Positions 1 through 10,193 of a stretch of 39,546 bases of DNA are shown piece by piece. Under the pieces are notes generated by a model that worked only from the letters and a program-made list of their open reading frames with translations, had not been told where the DNA came from and made no database searches. The DNA comes from Leptospirales bacterium (GTDB lineage Bacteria; Spirochaetota; Leptospiria; Turneriellales; JAOUFE01), in assembly GCA_040326155.1 (NCBI GenBank), contig JBEQLE010000040.1, positions 1 to 39,546 of the forward strand, written 5' to 3'. Both the position numbers and the translations under genes were made by a program. How positions within the stretch are numbered: the stretch's first letter is position 1; the number at the start of each line of letters is the position of its first letter.

Positions 1-1
1 C

Positions 2-271
2 TATAGCTCGGGCGCAAAAACCACAAGTAAAACTGTTAAATACTGTAATTGTAGTCGCAGCGTCTTCGGTTCCCCTCCAGTAAGAATCGGCTATCAAATT
101 TTCAAAATTGACATCAACACGTTGACCTTGTTCGAACCGTTTTTGTTGAACCGGAGCAACCTCTTGGGGCGAAGGCTGCAATATTATAAAGATCATTAGT
201 CCACTTAAGACAAGGATGAGTGTACTATTCACGTAAGTTAATATTTCTAAAAGTTTTTTCTTTGTTTCCAT
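2..271 (-). CDS. DsbA/thioredoxin-fold membrane-anchored oxidoreductase, 5' part only (runs off window)
   Basis: Manual translation from ATG 271: METKKKLLEILTYVNSTLILVLSGLMIFIILQP...RGTEDAATTITVFNSFTCGFCARAI. N-terminal TM segment, CxxC motif, GGGAG RBS upstream. Confidence 0.75.
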   Translation of the reverse strand, partial: METKKKLLEILTYVNSTLILVLSGLMIFIILQPSPQEVAPVQQKRFEQGQRVDVNFENLIADSYWRGTEDAATTITVFNSFTCGFCARAI

Positions 272-416
272 TTGTATTACTCCCTGAGACGACAGATTGA
301 AACGAAAAACCAGCTTGAAAAGCACAAAATTAGTTATTCTAAAGAAAACTGAACAATGCTTTACATTTTGGACTGCTATTTAATCTATAACTCTTTAAGG
401 GTAGAGAAAGGTAAAT

Positions 417-1664
417 ATGGGTGAAGCTAAAATACTGGTTGCTGAAGATGACGAAGTTACTCGCGAACTCATCAAAAGCATATTATTGAGCGACGGGTAC
501 GACGTCCACCTGGTACCAAACGGACATGAAGCGCTTCTCGCTTACACGCAATCACCATTCGATGTGGTAATCACAGACTTGACGATGCCTGTTATGGAAG
601 GGCAACAGTTGGTATCAGAACTCAGTATTCTGGAAAACCCTCCCATTATGGTGGTCGAAACTGGTGAAAAAAACTCAGAAATTATTATTGAGATGATGAA
701 AAAAGGGATTAGCGATTATGTGTTAAAACCCATTAATAGAGAAGAGTTCAGTTTTAAAATAAACAACGCTGTAAAGCTGGCGAAACTGCGTGAAGCCAAG
801 CTAGAACTCGAAACAGAACGGCAAACACGCAATGAGAAACAGCAAGACTGGAATATCATGAAAGAGAGAATTGCGGCGCGAAGTTACGATCGTTTCGATA
901 AAACACTTTTTTCAAGTTTAAAAGCCAGTTTTAACCAGGGGGCTGGCATCGGCTCGTTGACTTCTCTCATTTCTCACATGAAAGGCAATATTCGTAAATC
1001 GGGAACAGAGGATTACCTTGTTAGCAAGGGTATTCTCGATCTTATTTTTCAAAACTCTGCTATGGCAGAACGGGCTCTAAATACAATTACTGAGATCAGT
1101 AATATGCTCGAAGAAGAGTTTGAGCTTTCAAGAATTAAAGCTCAAGATTTATTCGACGCTTTAAGGGAAGTAAAAGATGGTGTTGAAATATTTACCAAAA
1201 TAAACAATCATAAAATAGTTTTTAATGATGCGAATTATCTCAATGTACACAAAGAAATGCTTGTAAATGTAGAACACTTAAAAAGCGCATTTAAAGAACT
1301 TTTTATAAACGCTCTAAAATTTTCAGTACCCAATTCAGATATTTATATTTTTACCAACACTACCGTAGATCGTTTTTATATTTCGATTATGAACCAACCA
1401 TCCATGAATATAACAGGAGAGTCATCGATTCCAGAAGAGTATGAAAAATTGATTTTTGAACCATTTTTCAGACTGGTAAAATTTGTGTACGAAGATTATG
1501 ATACCATTGATTTCGGGCTAGGTCTTACAATGGTAGAAAAAATTATCCGTAAAAATAACGGTAAAATTTTTACATCCACGGTTACCGACAAATCGAAGCT
1601 TGACCAGGCAAAACAGAACTCTAAAATTAACTTTGAAATTAGTTTTCCACTACTTAATTCTTAA
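417..1664 (+). CDS. Response regulator receiver domain fused to a HATPase (histidine kinase-like) domain
   Basis: REC motifs AEDD, DLTMP, LKP. C-terminal N-box ELFINALKFS, F-box IFEPFFR, G2 GLGL. Confidence 0.85.
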   Translation: MGEAKILVAEDDEVTRELIKSILLSDGYDVHLVPNGHEALLAYTQSPFDVVITDLTMPVMEGQQLVSELSILENPPIMVVETGEKNSEIIIEMMKKGISDYVLKPINREEFSFKINNAVKLAKLREAKLELETERQTRNEKQQDWNIMKERIAARSYDRFDKTLFSSLKASFNQGAGIGSLTSLISHMKGNIRKSGTEDYLVSKGILDLIFQNSAMAERALNTITEISNMLEEEFELSRIKAQDLFDALREVKDGVEIFTKINNHKIVFNDANYLNVHKEMLVNVEHLKSAFKELFINALKFSVPNSDIYIFTNTTVDRFYISIMNQPSMNITGESSIPEEYEKLIFEPFFRLVKFVYEDYDTIDFGLGLTMVEKIIRKNNGKIFTSTVTDKSKLDQAKQNSKINFEISFPLLNS

Positions 1665-1674
1665 ACAAAACAGA

Positions 1675-3333
1675 TTAAGAATTTTCAACCTGGGTATATT
1701 TTTCCAGCTTTTTATGACCAGATTCAGTTAAAGCCACGGCTTCAAAAATCATAACGGGTTCGAGTTTTCCTTTTACCAGAATGGAGTCGAGTTCACGAAC
1801 GATCAGGTCACCTTTTACTTCTTTTAAGGTAAATTCCGAAATAATCGCCAACGTACCATAAACTTTATTCGTACCCTCAAGACGCGCACCCAGGTTTACC
1901 GCATCGCCAATCGAAGTAAAGTCAATTCTCTTTTTGGAACCCATGGCCCCGGCAATAACATCGCCGGTATTGACTCCGATACCAATAGAAATGGGAAGTT
2001 TACCCTCAGCCTCTCTCTCTTTATTGTGGGCGGCCAGATCGGTACCCATGTCTAAAGCTGTTGCCACGGCGCATAAAGGGTGAAGAGGGTGGTCGAAAGG
2101 GGCTCCGTAGACGGCAAAAATTTCATCACCGACAAATTTATCCACAACGCCGCCATATTTAATAATAATTTCAGTCATAATTTCCATATAGTCGTTCAAC
2201 ATTTCAACGACCTGTGGTGGAGTCAAGGACTCAGAAATGGTGGTAAAACCCCGAATATCAGAAAAAAGTACCGTTACTGTTTTTCGCTGTCCACTTTTTG
2301 TTAAATCTTCACCGGATAACACCACCCGTGCCACTTCCGGAGAGACCAGAATACTAAGCCCTTTCAACATCACATTGAAAGTTTTCGATAGCAGGCCAAC
2401 TTCATCTTTTGAATTTGACAAAACGGAGACCGAGAAATCACCTTTCGATACAAGTCTCATCCCTTCGATCATTTTGCGAATAGGGCGAGCAATTAGTGTT
2501 GCCATTATTACGGCCATTCCAATTCCAAATAAAATGGATGCAAAACCAATCAATTGCATTTGAACCTTGCTGGCAAAAATTTGATCGTTAATAGCGTCTA
2601 AACTGATGCCAATATGTATTTCGCCAAAAGCGTCACTTAGCTCCGGGTCGCTTTTGAAAGTAACAATACGGGAAAAATCGATAACCTCAACTTCTTCCCC
2701 TTTTTTTTCTCCTTTTTGGGGAGGTAAAATAATTGTCGTAGTTTGTAATATGGGTTCAAGACTGGTGAGGCGTTGTGTCTTATAGGCGTCAAAATAACTT
2801 GTGATCCCTTTTTCAAATTGATAATAAGAGTAAGGGTCAATTTTCGTGTCGGTATGACCCAGGACGATGCCGTGTTTACCCAGAAAATAGGCATAAATTA
2901 CATCCGGTTGGCTTTTTACCTGGTCAATAAATTCAAATATTTCATCTGAAATAAAGTTATTCGAATAGAAATTACGAAACTCAGAAGGTTCTTTCAGGCG
3001 GGACAATTTATTGTTTTGCCCTGCAATAATATCAATTAAACCCGTTTTAATGGCAGAATTCAGTCCGGTTTCAATAATTTCACCTTGCTTTTTTTTCTCC
3101 ACCATCAATGCGTCGGTCTGGTTAATGGTGGCAATCCAAGTGATGGTAATTACAACAAGCAGTACAATTACAGAAACAACACTAATGAGTTTAACCCGGA
3201 TACCGAATTTAATCTCATTTTCACGGTAGTCGCGATCTTCCGCATCTTGCTTTTTTTTCTTTTTAGCTTTTTCATCAGCTATTTTATTAGTCTTTACACT
3301 AATTTTATCTTCTTTTGTATTGTCCTTGCTCAT
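1675..3333 (-). CDS. Membrane adenylate/guanylate cyclase (2 TM, HAMP, class III cyclase)
   Basis: FSDIRGFT, DKFVGDEI, GIGVNTG, GDAVNLGARLEG motifs; HAMP region RPIRKM...DEVGLL. Confidence 0.92.
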   Translation of the reverse strand: MSKDNTKEDKISVKTNKIADEKAKKKKKQDAEDRDYRENEIKFGIRVKLISVVSVIVLLVVITITWIATINQTDALMVEKKKQGEIIETGLNSAIKTGLIDIIAGQNNKLSRLKEPSEFRNFYSNNFISDEIFEFIDQVKSQPDVIYAYFLGKHGIVLGHTDTKIDPYSYYQFEKGITSYFDAYKTQRLTSLEPILQTTTIILPPQKGEKKGEEVEVIDFSRIVTFKSDPELSDAFGEIHIGISLDAINDQIFASKVQMQLIGFASILFGIGMAVIMATLIARPIRKMIEGMRLVSKGDFSVSVLSNSKDEVGLLSKTFNVMLKGLSILVSPEVARVVLSGEDLTKSGQRKTVTVLFSDIRGFTTISESLTPPQVVEMLNDYMEIMTEIIIKYGGVVDKFVGDEIFAVYGAPFDHPLHPLCAVATALDMGTDLAAHNKEREAEGKLPISIGIGVNTGDVIAGAMGSKKRIDFTSIGDAVNLGARLEGTNKVYGTLAIISEFTLKEVKGDLIVRELDSILVKGKLEPVMIFEAVALTESGHKKLEKYTQVENS

Positions 3334-3441
3334 TAAAATTTATTCCTGCTGAATTTACAATAACACAATGTTATGTATTAAGAACTATATCGGAACGTTA
3401 AAGGTTTTTCCGTACTACTTTTGCTGCACAGTTTTGATCTC

Positions 3442-4785
3442 TTAGAAATGAAATTCTGCGCCGGCATTTATATCAATTCTAGAAAAATAACTTTCGTATT
3501 CATTCTCGTACAAAGTACTTGAAATATACTTATTATCTTGAATAATATCTTTGCTATAATGGTAGGTAGCGGAGAGATAGACAAGAATTCTATGTATAAA
3601 AAGTTTCGATACACCGAGTTGCGCTTCGTAATTGTTTGAATCGTAAACTTGTGAAACATTGTCTGACTTATCATTCTTGTTTTTGTAAATTAAAGTTTTA
3701 CTTCCTGAAAACCAACTGAAACCGGCATTAATATAAAAACTATTTTTAAGTATAAAAGCAAAACCAAGTTTCAAAGTAGGCGAAAAATCAAATTTTTCTT
3801 TCACATTGAATGTAATAATCTGTGCGTTACTCCCGGTAGAATCAGCGTCCAACTCATCGGTTTTGTATTTTATTGTCATCGGAGTCATTAAATCTCCTTC
3901 TAAGTAAACTTTCATAAAAGGAAAAATTTTCTGGCTCACTCCCAATTGAACTTTTATAGGTTCCATATAAGCGTTTTTGTATTTGGTTTTACTTGTAATG
4001 TTATCTACATCAGACCCATTATAGTTATATAAATAATCAATATTACGATTCATAGTGTCTTGCATATAGCTAAAAGGTTGCACAGACAAGGTCAAATCTC
4101 CCTCTCGGGTATGGTTTACATAACCCAGTATTACACCGGTTTTCAGTCGAACTAACTTAGATTGGTTTTTCTCTTCAGAATACCCGGTAAGGCTTCCACT
4201 GGTTTCTTTAAATGTCATACTTGATTTTCTTATATAATCAAGAGACAGGTAAGATACCAGTACAGAAAGACCAATCGATTGAGATGCTGATAATTTTAAA
4301 GAAGCCCCGAGTCCGCCATGAACCCCCACGGGAGTAAATTCAAATGACATGGATTTATCCGTAACACTCATCGTAGAAGGAATAATAGATTGCAAGGGAA
4401 GATAGTATCCCATTTCTTCGAACACATTTTGAAAATTGTTGTGAAGAAATATGCCAAAGCTCATTTTGCCTTTTGCACGGTTAAAATGGGCGTAACCCAG
4501 AGAAGTTGAATTCGTCAAATAGCTTGAAACCCGGTTTCCACCGAAAAGAGGGTTTACCATTCCCAGATAAATATTGAGAGTGTCCCGGAGCAAAACTCCA
4601 TTTTTCTCTGAAGTTGTCGGAAAGGACAATAGACCGGGGTTTTCCATAATATCAGCCGGACGATCTGAACCAATCGATTTCAACCCTGCATGCATTGAGC
4701 CGGTTTCAATCGGTTCTGCAAAAACCAGAGAGGGAACTACCAGTAAAAATGAGATTAATATTCGCTTTTTTAATAAATTATTCAT
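3442..4785 (-). CDS. Putative outer-membrane beta-barrel protein
   Basis: Signal peptide ending VFA-E, alternating aromatic beta strands, C-terminal Phe (GAEFHF). Start placed at MNNLL. Confidence 0.55.
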   Translation of the reverse strand: MNNLLKKRILISFLLVVPSLVFAEPIETGSMHAGLKSIGSDRPADIMENPGLLSFPTTSEKNGVLLRDTLNIYLGMVNPLFGGNRVSSYLTNSTSLGYAHFNRAKGKMSFGIFLHNNFQNVFEEMGYYLPLQSIIPSTMSVTDKSMSFEFTPVGVHGGLGASLKLSASQSIGLSVLVSYLSLDYIRKSSMTFKETSGSLTGYSEEKNQSKLVRLKTGVILGYVNHTREGDLTLSVQPFSYMQDTMNRNIDYLYNYNGSDVDNITSKTKYKNAYMEPIKVQLGVSQKIFPFMKVYLEGDLMTPMTIKYKTDELDADSTGSNAQIITFNVKEKFDFSPTLKLGFAFILKNSFYINAGFSWFSGSKTLIYKNKNDKSDNVSQVYDSNNYEAQLGVSKLFIHRILVYLSATYHYSKDIIQDNKYISSTLYENEYESYFSRIDINAGAEFHF

Positions 4786-4905
4786 ATGAATTCCATTGTA
4801 AGGATACAATAATAGTCACTCTCAAAAAGAAAAACTTTTTTTTCGTAAAATATTTCTCAGATATACCGATTTAACTGTTAATGCAAGAGAAAAGAGGAGC
4901 CATCT

Positions 4906-5805
4906 TTGACCGCGGGAACCAATAAAATTGTCAAAGAATTTCGAGAGTACCTGGAAGTAGAACGAGGTCTTTCGGAAAACAGTATTTTTTCATACTTATC
5001 CGACATAAACAAGTTCGATAGATTCTTAAATAAAGAACATAAAGAGTTTACCGAGATCAGTCGTATAGAGATACAGGAATTTTTACGAGAGGAAACCAAA
5101 AAACAGGTCTCTACTCGCACAAAAGCAAGGGTAATTGCGTCGTTAAGGCAATTTTATAACTACCTTGAAAATCTTAAATTAATTGATATTAATCCGATGG
5201 ATAAAGTGGAAAGCCCTAAAATTGAAAGGCAGCTTCCCGATTATTTGACCCAGGATGAAATAAAAAAACTGTTCTCCGTTTTTGTAGATAGCAATCCGCT
5301 AGAAATACGCGACTTGACCATGTTCGAGCTTATGTACTCCGCCGGACTTCGTATTTCAGAAGCATGCTCTTTAAAAACCCGAGATATCGATATGGATAGT
5401 TTACTTATAAACGTAATAGGGAAGGGCGGTCGTGAACGGCTCGTCCCGTTCGGAGAAATTGCCCACGAACAACTAGAAAGATATATCAAGTCAGAGCGAA
5501 CCGAAATTCTGGGCGATCGTACATCTGAATATCTATTCGTTTCTCGTAAAGGTGGATTTTTAAACCGAAAATCAGCCTGGAGACTTCTAAAGCGATATAT
5601 TGACAGGGCCGATATTAAGAAACACATTACACCACACACTCTGCGTCACTCCTTTGCGACCCATTTATTGCAAAACAACGCCGACCTTCGCGCCGTTCAA
5701 GAACTTCTTGGTCACATCGATATTTCAACTACGCAAATTTATACCCACCTTGTATCTGACGAGCTAAAGAAAGCCCACAAAAAATTTCACCCCAGATCAA
5801 AGTAA
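4906..5805 (+). CDS. xerD: Site-specific tyrosine recombinase XerD
   Basis: ERGLSENS N-terminus, YSAGLRISE, GKGGRERLVP, HTLRHSFATHLL, VQELLGH, TTQIYTH. 299 aa, with no obvious IntI-specific insertion. Confidence 0.88.
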   Translation: MTAGTNKIVKEFREYLEVERGLSENSIFSYLSDINKFDRFLNKEHKEFTEISRIEIQEFLREETKKQVSTRTKARVIASLRQFYNYLENLKLIDINPMDKVESPKIERQLPDYLTQDEIKKLFSVFVDSNPLEIRDLTMFELMYSAGLRISEACSLKTRDIDMDSLLINVIGKGGRERLVPFGEIAHEQLERYIKSERTEILGDRTSEYLFVSRKGGFLNRKSAWRLLKRYIDRADIKKHITPHTLRHSFATHLLQNNADLRAVQELLGHIDISTTQIYTHLVSDELKKAHKKFHPRSK

Positions 5806-5817
5806 TTTTCATTTAAA

Positions 5818-5873
5818 AGGGGCAAGTCTGCCCCTCGCTCCGGCTTTTCAATAGAAAGAGCCTCCGCTACCCC
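5818..5873. repeat. Double GC-rich hairpin just after xerD (terminator-like or REP-like)
   Basis: GGGGCA-AGTC-TGCCCC and GGCTTTTC-AATA-GAAAGAGCC stems. Confidence 0.45.
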
Positions 5874-5931
5874 GACGTATTTTATTCGTTTTGTAAATTG
5901 TTTGGGGATAAAAAAGAGAAAGAATTATTGC

Positions 5932-6020
5932 AAGGAAGGCAGGAAGTGCAGGAAGTCAGGAAAAGAGGAATAAGAAAGGAGGAAGAAATTTTGACAGGAT
6001 TAACAGGATTTACAGGTTAA
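5932..6020 (+). repeat. Purine-rich island-flanking repeat, left arm of island 1
   Basis: AAGGAAGGCAGGAAGTGCAGGAAG...TTGACAGGATTAACAGGATTTACAGGTTAA, built of 8-9-nt subunits. Related copies at 12405-12486 (inverted), 19449-19612 (both arms), 34334-34420 and 38334-38377 (inverted). Confidence 0.9.
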
Positions 6021-6203
6021 ATAATTTATTATTGACACCATAATAAATACAATAGTTTTCAATATAATCCTATCTATTACTTAAAAGATAGAGTACCTTT
6101 TAAATTATATATTAGAATAAAATGAATACTGGATTGATGAAAGAGTTCGGGAAACTTACCCTCAACACCTTTAAGGTGGCACTGACCCCGTACGGCTTCA
6201 CAC

Positions 6204-6312
6204 GTGAATCGAAAAAGACTGAAAAGTACTTCTGCTTTTAAAAAGGCTGCTTGACGCAGAGCCAGTTAAAACTCAAGAAAATGCTTTTGAGTTACTGTCA
6301 AAGATCTTGTAA
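6204..6312 (+). pseudogene. Possible truncated ORF remnant upstream of the XRE-like gene
   Basis: One frame reads ...LLLLKRLLDAEPVKTQENAFELLSKIL* with no in-frame start. Weak evidence. Confidence 0.25.
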
Positions 6313-6315
6313 TAG

Positions 6316-6343
6316 TTGACAAACCGGGCTTTGACGGTAAATT
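6316..6343 (+). promoter_or_regulatory. Putative sigma70 promoter
   Basis: TTGACA-16 bp-TAAATT, then AGGTG RBS and ATG 6356. Confidence 0.45.
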
Positions 6344-6355
6344 AGTAGGTGAATT

Positions 6356-6820
6356 ATGAGCGAATTCGATAATTTTATTCAAAAAGTCCAGGAAAGATTT
6401 CCAGGCTTAAAATATGAAATTGATAAGGCTGAAACAAAATCTGGATCAACCTGGGTCGATATATATTCAGAAGAAGAAAGTATAACGATTGAATTTAGAC
6501 CGAATTATGGATTTGGTCTTTATAAAGGAGATTCATCAAGCTATGGAGAGGGACCAAATGAAATTTATCGTAGTCAAGATCTGGCTGTAAAAAGAGTAGA
6601 AGCTATATTAAAAGACCATAAACTCGAGGTTCGATTAGATGAACTACAGGAGATGTTCGGTCAAGCAGATGTTAAGTCAAAGGAAAGTAATATTTCGAAT
6701 CATAAAATTCAAGAACTAATTTCTTTTATAGAGAGTCGAGGCGGTTCATTAGAGATAAATGCTCACTTTGAAGAATGTGATTTGCCGATTTCATTAAATT
6801 CTGTATCAAACAACATGTAG
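6356..6820 (+). CDS. Hypothetical protein with a degenerate XRE/HTH antitoxin-like C-terminus
   Basis: LDELQEMFG...ELISFIESRGGSLEINAHF resembles the YIEALGGxLxIxAxF tail of XRE antitoxins, but the recognition helix looks shortened. Confidence 0.5.
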   Translation: MSEFDNFIQKVQERFPGLKYEIDKAETKSGSTWVDIYSEEESITIEFRPNYGFGLYKGDSSSYGEGPNEIYRSQDLAVKRVEAILKDHKLEVRLDELQEMFGQADVKSKESNISNHKIQELISFIESRGGSLEINAHFEECDLPISLNSVSNNM

Positions 6821-6923
6821 TAACATGGTAATATGTCTGGTTTGCTATTAACTGGAATATATGCTAATTTCATTAAAATTTCTTATAGATTCCAGTATTG
6901 CTTCATTATCATTTTCAGCGAGC

Positions 6924-7182
6924 GTCTAACGTTTCAATTTTATCTGGCGTTTTGGGGTTACTTGAGTCAGCCTTGCGAGCACCAAACGAACCTCCCGTAG
7001 GCTTTCGCTATTTGCCAAAGAGTTTGGCGCGAGCTTGGCGGATTAGTCGAGGCACCCCAAAATGTGGCCGAATAATTACTATAATACAAAAGAACAGAAA
7101 ATCTTTTTATTGTTAATACAATTTCAGGATCTATCATTATTAGGCCCGAAGGCGCGCCTGAGCAGATGAAAATTTGTTATCT
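6924..7182. repeat. attC-like fold-back recombination site, copy 1
   Basis: GTCTAACGTTTCAATTTTATCTGGCGTTTTGGGG...CCCCAAAATG...CGAAGGCGCGCCTGAGCAGATGAAAATTTGTTATCT. TAAC/GTTA termini with nested stems. Confidence 0.85.
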
Positions 7183-7201
7183 GATGTGGTGCACTGGGTA
7201 G

Positions 7202-8938
7202 TTAACTAAGTTTGGCAATTATACTATCCATCATATGATGAATGTTTTTAGTCGTAATCTCGTCTATATTCTTAAAGAAATCCTTTTGTTTGGCTTTACT
7301 GGAGTAGTATAAAGAAATAAATCCTTTTTTACAATTATTACTGCCGACTAAATTCATTAGTATAGTTTGATCATTATCAGAAAGTAAGCTTTCTATTGCA
7401 ATATTCGATGACTTATCTGGCGTATTCACGAACAGCCATTTTTTTGCTTCCTCATCCCCAAAATATTCATTGTATGTTTCGTGAGCACTCAAGCCTTCCG
7501 CATCTGAATCTAATAACAATGAATATTTATTTGACCAAGCAATGGAGTAAGAAATTAAATCCTTTAAATTTGTAGCACCTGCACCCGGTAAAATAGTGAT
7601 TGATGTATTATTGTACTTACTGATGTTTTTCAATATCATCTCAAAAAGATAAAAATCGGTAATGCCTTCTGTTATCAAGATATCATTTTCTTTGAAATTC
7701 AATACAGTACCAGCATTTAAGTGCAGCGCATGATACACAGGATCGAGTGCACCAGAAGAACGAGTGGTTTGATTATAGTCACCAAAATTTTGAAGTAAAA
7801 CACTACTCCCAACCCGACTTGCAATTTTAATACTGGAAATATTGATTATGTCGGGAACGAGCAAATGTTCTGAATGAGTACAGAATATTACTTTATTTGT
7901 CTTAGAAATTAGTTTTAATGAATTCAATAGTTCACTTTGGGCGGAAGAATGTAAGTAAGAGCCTGGTTCATCCAATAAGTAAATAGCATTTTCAAACTCC
8001 GAAGTATACTTAATATTGTATTTCAATTTTATAGCAAAGTTAAAAAACCATTGAAAACCTTTACTGCGTTCCCGAATATTGAAGTGCCTTTTTTTATCTT
8101 TAAAATTTTTATCTATTACTTTAAATGCAAAGACATGAATCCCTTTATTCGCGTCATGATCATAGTCTAACTTGAGCGTTAGACCACCAATTTCACTTTT
8201 TAATGATTGTTTCAGGACTTTTAGTTTCTGCCAATTCTTTATGATGTCCTCATCTAGTTTATCAGTAACATCATCAAGAACACCGTCTCTTTCTTCCTTG
8301 TTAACAATTTTAATGAATTTATTGAGTGGAACTTTTCTATCAGTAGCTCTGTAGAAAATCTCTTCAATAAATAAATTCCATTCATCTGGCTTAAAAGTTT
8401 CTTCAGCGGCAGTATTGGTAAAGTATGAATTAGGAAATACTATTCGATCGGGAACCCGGTCTGTGAAGTCGTCGAAATAGAGTAAAAATGGGGTAATTTT
8501 AAGTATTTTCGATACAACTTCTTGTTTAGTTTCGAGGTCAGCATCAAGTTCGGGAATATCATATTTTCTAGTATCAATATTTCTTTCAATGTATATAGGA
8601 TTTTTAACTTTAAAAAATTCATTAAGTACCATATATTTCTTTGAAGACTTTTTACCGGATAGTTTGCTTAACAATGACTCTTTTTCTTGTTTGTTGTCAA
8701 AAACTACCTCTGCTGCTATTATGTGATCAACTGAACCATATTCGTAACGATTTCGAGCATCCAAATGTGCGCCGTTTTGAATGTTATCACAATCATGATC
8801 GAATGCTAATATCGCTTGTAATATACTTGTTTTCCCAGATTCATTGATACCAATTATCGGTATCAAACTGTTTTTGAATTTAATTTCTGCATCTTTGACA
8901 GCTTTGTATTTTTTAATAACAAACCTTTTGTATTTCAT
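7202..8938 (-). CDS. OLD-family-like ATP-dependent nuclease (ABC ATPase + TOPRIM), cassette cargo
   Basis: Walker A GINESGKTS, signature-like RSKGFQW, Walker B LLDEPGSYLH, H-loop CTHS, TOPRIM ITEGITD and LLDSD. Start placed at MKYKRF. Confidence 0.85.
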   Translation of the reverse strand: MKYKRFVIKKYKAVKDAEIKFKNSLIPIIGINESGKTSILQAILAFDHDCDNIQNGAHLDARNRYEYGSVDHIIAAEVVFDNKQEKESLLSKLSGKKSSKKYMVLNEFFKVKNPIYIERNIDTRKYDIPELDADLETKQEVVSKILKITPFLLYFDDFTDRVPDRIVFPNSYFTNTAAEETFKPDEWNLFIEEIFYRATDRKVPLNKFIKIVNKEERDGVLDDVTDKLDEDIIKNWQKLKVLKQSLKSEIGGLTLKLDYDHDANKGIHVFAFKVIDKNFKDKKRHFNIRERSKGFQWFFNFAIKLKYNIKYTSEFENAIYLLDEPGSYLHSSAQSELLNSLKLISKTNKVIFCTHSEHLLVPDIINISSIKIASRVGSSVLLQNFGDYNQTTRSSGALDPVYHALHLNAGTVLNFKENDILITEGITDFYLFEMILKNISKYNNTSITILPGAGATNLKDLISYSIAWSNKYSLLLDSDAEGLSAHETYNEYFGDEEAKKWLFVNTPDKSSNIAIESLLSDNDQTILMNLVGSNNCKKGFISLYYSSKAKQKDFFKNIDEITTKNIHHMMDSIIAKLS

Positions 8939-9004
8939 ATAGACATTATGTCCCTTTAAGTTCAAGTGTAAATAACTATATCGAATTTAATCGTGCACCA
9001 TTTC

Positions 9005-9178
9005 AGGTAACGTTTAAATTTTATCTGACGTTTTGAGATTAACCGAGTCAGCCATGCTCGCACCAAACTAACCTCAAGTTTCGTGCGAGCTTGGCGGTTA
9101 AACTCAGGTAGTCTCAAAATGTGGTTGAGCTCTAGCGAAACCCGAAGGCGCGCCTGAGCAGATGAAAATTTCTAATCG
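9005..9178. repeat. attC-like site, copy 2 (right core mutated GTTA to CTAA)
   Basis: AGGTAACGTTTAAATTTTATCTGACGTTTTGAGA...TCTCAAAATG...CGAAGGCGCGCCTGAGCAGATGAAAATTTCTAATCG. Confidence 0.85.
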
Positions 9179-9261
9179 GATGTAAACGCTAGTATAAGCA
9201 AACACCAAGTGAAGCACGAGGCCGAGCTGGTGAGTAAAATTACTGTAACTTTTAATACAGG

Positions 9262-10023
9262 TTATTTTAGATCAGGTTTGTTGTTGTTAGTAGTTGCCTT
9301 TGAAACGTTTATAATATCGTGAATTAAAGATAGCTCTTTACTATTTAGAATATCACGCTGAATAATACAAAAAGGTAAATTAGGTTTTAACATAAATTTT
9401 TCAAAAAGACCAGTAGTTTTGCGTTTGTCGACTTTAATATAAACAACGTAAATACCAAGATAGATACGATAAAAGTTTATTTGATCCCATTTTTCCAAAT
9501 GCGGATCTAGAATAAAGGCTTTAGTATCTTTTGGCAGTTCAAATTTAGATAGAATAACACTGAAATCATTTGCAGATCCGGGTTCTCTGCGCTCAATATG
9601 ATTTTTGGCGATTGATTCAAATGGTCCAAGGTCTATTTTGGCAAAAAAATCATGATTTGTGATTGATGCTCGCCACAACAATGAGATAAAAAATAATTTT
9701 AAAAGATCATATTTATATTGAGATATTTCATAGCCAACAATTACCTCATCTTTGATTTTTGGTATTGCATCCTTAGGATTATTGGTGAGAAGAGTTTGTG
9801 CATAATTATCCCAATCAGCGAAAATGCCATCACAATCTTTACATAAAATATTCTCATCATAAATACCAATAGGTGAACGTTTGGGAAAATCTTTATTATT
9901 GTTGAGGATTTTAAGAACATTTTTTTCACTTCGGATTTGCCTATAAAAACCTTCAGGAATTATATGAGCCTTTATGAGTTTTTTTTTATACCCGCAGAAT
10001 TTACATCGATTGGTTTGTTGCAT
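9262..10023 (-). CDS. HNH-like zinc-binding endonuclease family protein, cassette cargo
   Basis: CKFC...KAHIIP...ENILCKDCD pattern; C-terminal LFFISLLWRASI. Start placed at MQQTNRC. Confidence 0.65.
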   Translation of the reverse strand: MQQTNRCKFCGYKKKLIKAHIIPEGFYRQIRSEKNVLKILNNNKDFPKRSPIGIYDENILCKDCDGIFADWDNYAQTLLTNNPKDAIPKIKDEVIVGYEISQYKYDLLKLFFISLLWRASITNHDFFAKIDLGPFESIAKNHIERREPGSANDFSVILSKFELPKDTKAFILDPHLEKWDQINFYRIYLGIYVVYIKVDKRKTTGLFEKFMLKPNLPFCIIQRDILNSKELSLIHDIINVSKATTNNNKPDLK

Positions 10024-10193
10024 AATACTAATGTTGAGGCTTTGCAAGCCGTACAAATATCAAGAGTGTAGTGCCAATATGTTTCCCCTTTTACAAGTGT
10101 TATTTTCAGCTAATAAAGCTATATCCGACATAGCCCTGTAACCAAAGAATAATTGCTCTTCGTTTTACACCAAGCAGAGAAACACATTATAGT

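Noticed and set aside
4906..5805. xerD as an integron integrase (IntI)
   Set aside because: Length and motifs match housekeeping XerD; no extra IntI-specific segment is visible between the GKG and HxLRH motifs.
7202..10056. Gabija or Septu two-gene system
   Set aside because: No UvrD-like GajB. The ATPase has its own TOPRIM and is separated from the HNH gene by an attC-like site, so they look like independent cassettes.
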